Positions 1 to 8,800 of a stretch of DNA of 64,000 nucleotides are shown piece after piece; the stretch's first letter is position 1, and each line of letters opens with the position of its first letter. Made by a program: the position numbers and the translations under genes. This stretch comes from Hormoscilla sp. (GTDB taxonomy: Bacteria; Cyanobacteriota; Cyanobacteriia; Cyanobacteriales; Desertifilaceae). Under the pieces are notes generated by a model, which saw only the letters and a list, made by a program, of their open reading frames with translations, did not search any database and was not told the DNA's origin. The stretch covers positions 1 through 64,000 of the forward strand of contig JBFRWI010000148.1 of NCBI GenBank assembly GCA_051439505.1. Direction: 5' to 3'.

Positions 1-127
1 AGAGGGGGGTATCGAGTAGACAGCATAGATGGCGGTAAAAGTCAACACCCGGGCTAGATTCAAACCTCGAAACCTTTGCTCCATAAGGCTTTCAAGATTG
101 TAAAGAATTATGTGAGTAAGGCATAGC

Positions 128-238
128 CTTAAAAAGGGGGGCTTCAGAAGCCCCCCCTTCCGAAAGGGGGGGTTTTGGGGGGGATCGGATCGGTACAAAT
201 GCATGACCACACCCGGGGAGACACGGGTGTGGTCAAAA
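128..238. repeat. Partial copy of the GGGTGTGGTCA-TIR MITE followed by a second, back-to-back TIR
   Basis: Same G/C-run hairpin core and CAAATGCATGACCACACCC end as 44669-44818; TGACCACACCC at 204-214 and GGGTGTGGTCAAAA at 225-238. Confidence 0.7.
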
Positions 239-243
239 ACAGT

Positions 244-297
244 GGAGGGTTGACAGTTAACCGTTTACGGCCTTCGCCGGTTAACTGTCAACCCTCC
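244..297. terminator. 20-bp perfect stem-loop downstream of petJ (terminator or 3' stabiliser)
   Basis: GGAGGGTTGACAGTTAACCG (244-263) pairs perfectly with CGGTTAACTGTCAACCCTCC (278-297). Confidence 0.6.
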
Positions 298-357
298 TGT
301 CAACAGCGATGAAGTTAGCCTTAGCTGAGAGCTTCACCATTAGTGATATAGCCTGAG

Positions 358-696
358 CTACTTCTTCGGCCAGCCTGCCTTAGCTTGTTCTAGCACATAG
401 TTAGCAACATTTTCGATATTCTGCTTACCCAACCGCTTGAAGCTAGCCATGCCACCTCCACCATTGGTCACCTGCTTGATAATAGCGTCTTTTGAATACC
501 GACCGTTCACTTCCAGGTCAGCTTGACTGAGGCTCTTATTCTTCTTGACGGTGTTTTTACCCCCAGCATGGCAAGCAGCACAGTTTTGCTTGAACACTTT
601 GTCACCGGAAAGAGTAGCAACAGCAAAGGCGGGACTGCTCAGGCCAAAGGTGAAAACGGCTACGGCCAGCAGAATGATTGCAACTAGCTTTCTCAA
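358..696 (-). CDS. petJ: Cytochrome c6
   Basis: Signal peptide ending in PAFA, CAACH heme motif, QVTNG, axial Met in GGGMASF, TTG start after an AGAGGAG RBS. Confidence 0.9.
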   Translation of the reverse strand: MRKLVAIILLAVAVFTFGLSSPAFAVATLSGDKVFKQNCAACHAGGKNTVKKNKSLSQADLEVNGRYSKDAIIKQVTNGGGGMASFKRLGKQNIENVANYVLEQAKAGWPKK

Positions 697-1052
697 TTTT
701 GTTCTCCTCTAGTTAAATGGACAAAAACCACGTGCAGTGGTTCAATGGAAGTATAACCCACAATATACCATATTTTCGATCCTGACACGATCCCCTACCC
801 GATTATTCTCCCAAGCAACTTTCCCTAGGGGCCCTTGGAGACGGAAATTTTGCAGATCCTTTGGGAACCGGTCCACGATCGCCTGCTGGCGGACCCACCG
901 GTAGTTGGCCTATACCTCAGTGAGAATGGGGAAATTCTCAGAGAAACCAGGTTTCTGGTCGGGTCGCGACGGGGGGCGATCGCTCGTGAGTCTCGTACCG
1001 GGTTTAGACGGTTGTAACGCCTCGCTGGGCGATCGCCGACATGGTTGGCGGC

Positions 1053-1613
1053 TTATAACCGACTGGCATTCCAGTCGATCAGTTCCTCTGGATCGCCCCA
1101 AAGCCACAGTGCCTCAATCTCCAACCGGTCTTCGGCCAACCAATCGATAGTCTCAGCATAAGACCGATAGAACAATTCGCGCTTTTCGGAAAAAGTCAGG
1201 GGGCGATCGCCGAAAGCGCTGCGGAAGAAATCGAGCAGGGACATTTCGACTAGCGCCTGGTTGAGAGCGATCGCCTGTGACTTGCCTTTAGCAGCAGCAT
1301 AGATAATCAGGAAACTGAAATCGCGCAGGGAAATGGTCTTGACACGGGAAGCGCCGCGAACGCCTTCACCCCGTTCTGCCACCTGTCCCTCTATTTGTTC
1401 CGCTGTAAAACCTAAGTCCCGCAAGGCTTTCAGCGCTTTTGGTTCGGGATTGTTCCGCTGTAAAAGCTGACGAAGCCAACGATCGGAATAACCTACAGCT
1501 TCACTCGCTCCGCTTAACCCAACCCGATATTCTCCAGATGGGAGCTTGTAGCCATCAACAGAAAGCTGTGAGGTAAAATGAACGGTAGCTCGTTTAAATC
1601 GTGTAATATCCAT
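1053..1613 (-). CDS. Hypothetical protein resembling phage antirepressor/P63C-like cyanobacterial proteins
   Basis: ORF with VDGYKLPSGEYRVGLSGASEAVG and KGKSQA..L motifs; ATG at 1613 preferred to the upstream start. Confidence 0.55.
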   Translation of the reverse strand: MDITRFKRATVHFTSQLSVDGYKLPSGEYRVGLSGASEAVGYSDRWLRQLLQRNNPEPKALKALRDLGFTAEQIEGQVAERGEGVRGASRVKTISLRDFSFLIIYAAAKGKSQAIALNQALVEMSLLDFFRSAFGDRPLTFSEKRELFYRSYAETIDWLAEDRLEIEALWLWGDPEELIDWNASRL

Positions 1614-1900
1614 TATTGCACCAGTAACGACAATCCAGCGGCGATCGCGTGAGAGGGTCAAAATCTACACCCGATCGCTGGCTGGTTATTCAATCATAAC
1701 CGGCTATTAACGATTCAACAAGTCAAGCATGAGCGATCGGGCCCCGGGAAGCAGCCGAACAACAAGTTCTCCGTGAGCGACAGGCCAAGGAAGAACTCCT
1801 GAAACGAATAGAGGAATTGGAAAAACAACTGCGATCGCCCGATCGGTAGCGATCGCCCTTTCCCAACCCGGTATAACCCTCAAGCCGGGTTTGGTGAAAT

Positions 1901-3790
1901 TTATGCTAACAGCAAATTAGCTGCTCCTTCAATCCGTTCCAAAGGAGTCACCGAACGAGGTAAAATCGGCAAACGCACGATCGCCCGATCGCCAAAAACG
2001 CCCTTCTGCAATTGGTCGGCAGCATCAAAGCCATTATGTACCACATAGCGCTGAGAAATACCCAATTCCTCTAAAGACTCATTTAATCGCAACTGCTCGG
2101 CAATAATCGCCCCTCGGGCTTGAAAAACCCCGATAAACTCGGTATGTTCGGGGTCTTTCAACTGCTTCTGGGCGTTAACTGCCCGTTTGCGCAAAGTCCG
2201 CAGGCGGCCCATAAACTCCGTCCGACCTAACACATCTTGATACTTAATCCAGAGTTTGAAAATCCAGGCCAACCAGTCGGATAGGGCCCCAGGCATTTCC
2301 AGAAAGCTCAATAGATGACCCGTGGGTGCGGTATCCAAAATAATTAAATCTTGTTCTTGCTTTTCTAGCAACTGCATCACTGCCAACAGGGAGAGAATCT
2401 CATCAATTCCCGGTAAAGATTGATCGACAATTTTCTTCCAAGCTTCGGGAATATAGAGGAGTTGCAGGTTGCTGTCGCTGTTACCGGTATCTCCACTAAT
2501 CATTTCTGCCAGTTCCCACAAATACTCTTCTCGGAAATCCTGCAACATCTGTTCGGCATCAATTTCCGCAGCACTTAAGTTATCCGTCAACTGGGTGGGT
2601 TCGTGGCCCAATTGGAGCCCAAAGGCATCTCCCAAGGAATGGGCCGGGTCGATGGAAATTACCCGCATATTCTTGTCGGGATGCCCTTGGGCCAGGCCCC
2701 AGGCGATCGCGGCTGATACGGTAGTTTTGCCAACACCACCTTTGCCGCCGACAATAATTAAGCGGCGACCTTCAGCGACAAAATCGCTCAAACCAGGGGG
2801 AATTTTTTCCGGCCATTCCACCACGGGGGCTGCTGTTGGCAGGGAAATACCCGCCTCGATGGCTTGAATTTGACCGAACAGTTGGTCTAGCGCTTCTCCT
2901 CCCAAGGGTTCGGTAGCCTGCTGAGGTGCGCTAAAGACCGGGCGCTCCTCTGCCAGAGTGATAAACTCTTGTAAGAGCTGCTGCTGTTCGCTGTAGCGAT
3001 CGCCCTCTCTCGCAGATAGGCCCTGAGAGACAATCCGATTGAGCAACAGGCCCCCAGCATGAATCTGTAGCTGTTCTAGGGAAGCAAGAAAGCGCTTAGT
3101 TTCCAGCCAGCTCATCTGCTCTGCTATACTAACTATTAAGCAGGCAGTACGCTGTCCGTCCTGCAACAGCGAGCGTCCAGAGGTTAACTCCTGCTGCATA
3201 TCTTGGAGGAAATCATCCGCTGCATCCGGGTTATAGCGCCCAGTGAAAGCCTTGGCGATCGAGCGATGCTTTTCCTGAAAGAGGTCCAACGCCTGCAACA
3301 AAGTATCCAAAAAATCCATCAGTCCCAGCAAAGCAGTCGCATGACCGCTGGGAGCCATATCCACCACCACTCGGTCTACCACCTTTTCCGTCAGCAGGCG
3401 TTGAATCTCCAAAATCCCCATCAACTCATCGAGTCCCGGCCAGCTCAAATCCCACGCTGGAGTCAAATCGGAGGCTTCCGCAAAGCTGCCCCGTTCCACC
3501 AGTTGCTGCAAAACCTCTCCGTAGCGGTCTTTGAACTCCTCCAATAACTGTTCGGCATCCAGGGCCCTGACAGTCAGGTTCGGCAAATCTGCTACGGGAC
3601 GAGGGGTATTATCAACCGTCAGCAGCAACACATCGCTCAGGGAATGGGCCGGGTCCGTAGACAGTAGCAGGATCTGCTCGTCGGGAAACTGCTGGGCCCA
3701 TCGACGCGCAAACCCGCTGGATAGGGTGGTTTTCCCCACACCCCCTTTGCCGCTAAACATGACAAGCTGGAGAGAATCGTAATGGTGCAT
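1901..3790 (-). CDS. ArsA/Get3-family ATPase with two tandem domains
   Basis: Two GKGGVGKTT Walker A motifs, two DPAHSL motifs, DMAPSGH and DTAPTGH switch motifs. Confidence 0.9.
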   Translation of the reverse strand: MHHYDSLQLVMFSGKGGVGKTTLSSGFARRWAQQFPDEQILLLSTDPAHSLSDVLLLTVDNTPRPVADLPNLTVRALDAEQLLEEFKDRYGEVLQQLVERGSFAEASDLTPAWDLSWPGLDELMGILEIQRLLTEKVVDRVVVDMAPSGHATALLGLMDFLDTLLQALDLFQEKHRSIAKAFTGRYNPDAADDFLQDMQQELTSGRSLLQDGQRTACLIVSIAEQMSWLETKRFLASLEQLQIHAGGLLLNRIVSQGLSAREGDRYSEQQQLLQEFITLAEERPVFSAPQQATEPLGGEALDQLFGQIQAIEAGISLPTAAPVVEWPEKIPPGLSDFVAEGRRLIIVGGKGGVGKTTVSAAIAWGLAQGHPDKNMRVISIDPAHSLGDAFGLQLGHEPTQLTDNLSAAEIDAEQMLQDFREEYLWELAEMISGDTGNSDSNLQLLYIPEAWKKIVDQSLPGIDEILSLLAVMQLLEKQEQDLIILDTAPTGHLLSFLEMPGALSDWLAWIFKLWIKYQDVLGRTEFMGRLRTLRKRAVNAQKQLKDPEHTEFIGVFQARGAIIAEQLRLNESLEELGISQRYVVHNGFDAADQLQKGVFGDRAIVRLPILPRSVTPLERIEGAANLLLA

Positions 3791-3924
3791 AGATTTCGGC
3801 TGCGATAAAGGTGAACTGTTCTTGATAGTGCCACAGATCGGGGTAACTCCGGGACTGCCCACATAATGAAATTAGGTTAACATATTTTACCCTTAGCGCT
3901 GCTTTTTCTTGGTTGGGGAAACCC

Positions 3925-4029
3925 CTAAGCCGTCGCGTATTTAAATTGCTACGGCCCAAGAGCTGAAATCCTTGCTATAAGAGGCTTTCCCAATTTTGAA
4001 TTCTGAATTTTGAATTTTGAATTGCTTAT
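3925..4029. repeat. Dispersed ~100-bp repeat family B (TAAGC...ATTTAAATTGC...(TTTTGAA)n...GCTTA)
   Basis: Related copies at 17564-17657, 18078-18182, 26739-26839, about 33070-33172 and 44564-44836. Confidence 0.75.
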
Positions 4030-4148
4030 AACAGGCTCTCTGAAGAAACAATTTAGATAATAATACCTGTCCGGATTAACAGGAAGGTTAGCAGAAAAGA
4101 AAAATCATGAAAGAATTAGGAGCCCCTAATATTCACGGTGAAGGTTAT

Positions 4149-4373
4149 ATGTATAAGAGAACTCTTTTGATGGTGCTTATGGCATTACCTCTATTCGTGA
4201 CTGGTGCTAATTTAACCTGGACTCATGGCGACAGCGAGGGCACCAGGGAGACCAGCAGTTCAAGAAACGCCGCCGCCGAAGCCCCCCTGCAACTGGTAGC
4301 CCCGACGATCGCTGCTAGAGACGAACAGACAGAACAATGTCGCTGGTTGGGAACTTGTCCGGAGCCCGAATAG
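4149..4373 (+). CDS. Small secreted protein with C-terminal CxxxxxC
   Basis: GAAGG RBS, N-terminal hydrophobic signal (MYKRTLLMVLMALPLFVTG), ends CRWLGTCPEPE; directly upstream of the ATPase. Confidence 0.6.
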   Translation: MYKRTLLMVLMALPLFVTGANLTWTHGDSEGTRETSSSRNAAAEAPLQLVAPTIAARDEQTEQCRWLGTCPEPE

Positions 4374-4418
4374 GTGGCATGGGTGCAACGGAGCGTGATT
4401 TAACAGCAAGGAGTAGTT

Positions 4419-5831
4419 ATGGGATTAGATTTACCAAGATTCTATGCCGCATGTAATCCGAGCAAACCCCTAGCTATGGGGAATGCCGACGAACGACAAT
4501 ATTATATCGATTTTGCCTCAGTGCGAGGTGGTAAGATCATCGAAGCATTGAGCCGAACGATCGCGGTCCTCGCCCCAGACCAACCCACCTGCCAGTTGTT
4601 TACAGGACATATCGGCTGTGGTAAATCGACGGAATTGTTGCGGCTGAAAGCCGAATTAGAAGAACGGGGTTTCCACGTGATTTATTTTGAGTCCTCTCAA
4701 GATTTGGACATGGCGGATGTAGATGTTACCGATATCTTACTGGCGATCGCCCGTCAGGTAAGCGAAAACCTAGAGATGATGAAAATCAACTTGCAGCCCC
4801 GAGGATTCAAGAGAATTCTCAAGGAAGCGGCAGATTTTTTGCAAACACCAATAGAATTGAGCGGTTCGATTGAAGTGCCCGGAGTTGGCGAGATTACAGC
4901 TAGCAATGATGAATTGGGATTTTCTCTACCAGGAGGAATTGCCACGATTACAGCAAAAACTCAACAAAGTCCTACCTTGAGGCAGCGTCTCCGGAATTGG
5001 CTGGAACCTCGTACAAATCCGATTTTGCAAGCCATCAATCAAGAAATATTCGATCGGGCCACCAGGGAACTTCAGAACTTGGGGAAAAAAGGACTTGTCG
5101 TGATTGTAGATAACCTAGATAGGGTGCATAATAAACGCACGTCCAGCGGCTCCTTGCTGCCAGAATATTTATTTATCGATCGGGGACAGCAGTTACGGCA
5201 ACTGAACTGCCATGTGGTGTACAGTATCCCCTTGTCCTTGGTGTTCTCTAATGATTCGGAAAGACTCAAAAATCGCTTGGGGGGTGGGATACCTCCCAAG
5301 GTATTGCCGATGGTGCCAGTGCAAATGCGTGATGGTAGCGAATGCCTGGCGGGCATGAATCTCCTCCGGCAAATGGTGATGACCAGGGCTTTTCCCCAGG
5401 TAGATACCAGCGAACGGCAGGGTTTGATTGCAGAAGTATTTGACAGTCGCGAAACCCTCGATCGGCTGTGCCGGATCAGTGGCGGTCACGTGCGAAATTT
5501 GCTAGGATTGCTCTATAGCTGTCTCCAGCAAGCGGACCCCCCCTTTGACCGGGAATCTTTAGAAACGGTCATTCGCGAACACCGCGATTATCTGATATCA
5601 TCGATCGCAGATGATGAGTGGGAACTGCTGAAAAAATTGGTGACCAGGCAAAATGTCAGCGGTGATGAAGAATATCAAACCCTGTTGCGGAGTATGTTTG
5701 TCTATGAATACCGCGATCGGGAAGGATCCTGGTTTTGGATCAATCCAGCTTTAGCAGAGGCGAAAAATTTCCAACAATGGCTGAACGCAAACTCAAGAAG
5801 AATCACGCAGTCGATAATCAGCACTCGTTAA
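4419..5831 (+). CDS. P-loop (STAND/ORC-Cdc6-like) ATPase
   Basis: GHIGCGKS Walker A, VIVDNLDR Walker B, SGGHVR motif. Confidence 0.85.
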   Translation: MGLDLPRFYAACNPSKPLAMGNADERQYYIDFASVRGGKIIEALSRTIAVLAPDQPTCQLFTGHIGCGKSTELLRLKAELEERGFHVIYFESSQDLDMADVDVTDILLAIARQVSENLEMMKINLQPRGFKRILKEAADFLQTPIELSGSIEVPGVGEITASNDELGFSLPGGIATITAKTQQSPTLRQRLRNWLEPRTNPILQAINQEIFDRATRELQNLGKKGLVVIVDNLDRVHNKRTSSGSLLPEYLFIDRGQQLRQLNCHVVYSIPLSLVFSNDSERLKNRLGGGIPPKVLPMVPVQMRDGSECLAGMNLLRQMVMTRAFPQVDTSERQGLIAEVFDSRETLDRLCRISGGHVRNLLGLLYSCLQQADPPFDRESLETVIREHRDYLISSIADDEWELLKKLVTRQNVSGDEEYQTLLRSMFVYEYRDREGSWFWINPALAEAKNFQQWLNANSRRITQSIISTR

Positions 5832-8800
5832 AGAGTCTGTCCAGAACCATAGTCCTGGGACAGGGGCAATTTTCCTTAATTTTTGCCCGCTGCAACTATG
5901 CCCAGTTGCGCAAGCGCATGCTAGCTAAACTGGGTGAGGAGGTTGAAGATGTCAAGGAACTGGGGGAAATAAAAACTATAGAGCTGCTCCCGGAAACAAC
6001 CAGTCTTTATAATCGGATCCGGGCAAGCATGGGGGAAATTATACAGATAAGAAAGCCATCGGCATTAATGGTGCTGGGTTTGGAGTCGGTAAAAGAGATC
6101 GACGAGCTGCTGTTTGCCACCAATTTTGTTCGGGATGAGTTGAGAAAGCAGCTGACATTTCCCCTGGTATTGTGGGTGAACGATCAGGTGCTGCAAAAAC
6201 TGCGTCGGTTTGCCCCCGACTTCGCCAGTTTTGCCGCTAACCCGATTAAATTCGATCTGACTACCGAGCAGTTGCAGGATTTAATTGTCCAAAAAGCCAA
6301 CTTCCTATTTGCGAACGTTTTAGCTCCAAATCATAGCGAGAAACAGACCCAAAAGACGGGGGAAAAGCGGTGTGGACTGGTGCAAGGACAGCAGCGGTTA
6401 GAACTGGATGCGGCCCATCGAGAATTGCAGCGTCGTGCGGTAAACTTGTCCCCAGAACTACAAGCCAGTCTGGAATTTGTTTTCGGTCAGGATGACTTGG
6501 CCAATGACCGGATAGATGCAGCCATAGAGCATTACCGTCAAAGTTTACGGTATTGGCGCAAAAGCAAGATCAAAAAGCTAGAGCGCAGAGTTCCGGAAAA
6601 ATCGGGAGTGCTGCTATATTATCTGGGGCGCTGTCATTTCCGCAAGGCTCAGAGATCTCCTACAGAATCAGTCCGCCAATGGGAGGAAGCTTGGAATTAT
6701 TTCAACCAAGCAGTGAAGGTGTTTGAAGAGGCCGGGCGTCAGGATTTGGTGGCTCAGTTTATCGATCGGCTGATGGAGGTGCTGCAAAGTCTGGGGAAAT
6801 GGGAAGCCTTGTCAGCTTGGACTTACAAGTCTTTGAGCTTGCATCGTACCTATGGCTGTCAGTTGCAACTGGCTCTGGACTACGGATATCTGGCTAAGAT
6901 CGCTGCTCGAGAGTTTCGATGGGCTGTAGCTAGCGAACTGGCCCAGAAATCCCTGGATCTCCTAGCTGACGCGCCAGTAGTCGAGCAAATCTCTCTGCTG
7001 GCCCAGCCTCACGAATTATATCGCTTGCTATGGGAGCAAATCTTACGATTGGTTTTGGTCCAGGCCCAAAAGCGCAACTTTGATTTTCAAGCTGCTGATG
7101 ATAACCTGGAATTGGCTTGTCGGGAATTGAAAAACGCGATCTCGGGCACGGAACACCGCTACGGCCCTGATCGTTACCTGCGCCTGTTAAAAGAGTTGCG
7201 CCTGCTCTATTTTGAGTTAGGTCGCTATCGAGAAGCCTTTGAGATCAAGCAAAAAAAGCGTTCCATCGAACAGCAGTATGGATTTCGGGCTTTCATCGGT
7301 GCCGGTCAGCTGCTGCCCGCCAGACATGCTATTAACCCGACCTTGGCACCAGCGATGAAACCCCGAGGTAGCGTGGCTGAAGCGATCGCGGCTTCCAATC
7401 GCCAGCAAGATATCAACGGCTTGCTGGAAAGAATCGGTCGATCGGATTATAAACTCACGGTCATTCACGGTCAATCAGGGGTCGGTAAAAGCTCGATCGT
7501 CACCGCCGGATTAGTCCCTACCCTCAAGTCCAATCCTGTGGGCGATCGGGTCGCTTTGCCTCTAGTCCTGCGAGTTTACAGAGATTGGGTGGGAGTATTG
7601 GGCCGCAATCTGCTGGCCGTCCTGAGTAAAATTTCTGATATCCAATTGCCCGACAAATTATATTCGACATCAGGGATTCTGGAACTGTTACGAGAGACCG
7701 AACGGCGCAATCTGTTAACAGTCCTCATCTTCGACCAGTTTGAAGAATTTTTCGTAGTTTGCTCGGACAAGGAAGCGAAAAAATATTTTGCCGAGTTTTT
7801 TCAGGAATGCTTAAATATTTCCACTCTGAAAGTAATTATATCGATCAGGGAAGATTATCTGCACCAACTGTTAGAGTTTGAAAGACAGATAGACTTAGAG
7901 GAAATCAACGGCAACTTGCTGGATAAAAGCAATAGATACCCTTTGGGGAATCTCTCGCCACGGGATGCCTATGAAGTGATCGAAAGCTTAACCGAAAAAG
8001 CCAATTTTGAATTAGAAGACTCTCTGATCGAAGAATTGGTTGATGATTTAGCAAAAGAAACGGGGGAAGTCCGCCCCATAGAATTGCAGGTAGTGGGATA
8101 TCAACTGCAAGCAGAGAACATTACCACCCTCGACAAGTATCGGCGATCGGGACCGAAGCAAAGACTGGTGGAGCGATTTTTAGAAGAGGTAGTCAAGGAC
8201 TGCGGCATAGAAAATCAACCCCTGGCGAGACGAGTATTATATTTGCTGACTGATGAAAATGGCAATCGTCCTCTGAAAAGTCGGGCCGAGTTAGCCGCAG
8301 ACTTGGCAAATCCCGAGCAACTAAATTTAATCTTAGATATTTTAGTGGGGTCTGGTTTAGTATCTTTAATTCCCGAATTGCCAGCGCCGCGCTATCAGCT
8401 AGTGCATGATTATTTAGGGGAATTTATCCGCAAGCAAGAAGAGGTAGTGTTAAAGAAAGAACGGGATGAATTAAGGCGGAAAGAAGAAGAAAATAATCAG
8501 TATATAGAGAAAATGCGTGAGGAAAACGCAGTGCTGGCCGAAATAGCTGAGGCCCGCTATCAAATAGTGCAAGAGGACATAGAAAAATATATTCCCCAGA
8601 GTAAAGGGAACGAGAAAAATGGGTCGGTAGCAGAATTATCTGCAGCGCGAAAGCGGGAAGAACTGAGCTATGTTTGGCTGGAACAGCTGCGCCAAGAAAA
8701 AGAATTACTGGCCGCCCTGGCAGACGAGAAGCACAGGCACAGGCAAAGAGACAAACAGCTCAAGGGTTTTCTCAGCATAGCCCTAGCTGGTTCGGTGATA

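Noticed and set aside
1901..3790. Arsenic resistance locus
   Set aside because: No arsB/acr3, arsC, arsD or arsR nearby; only the ATPase family is supported
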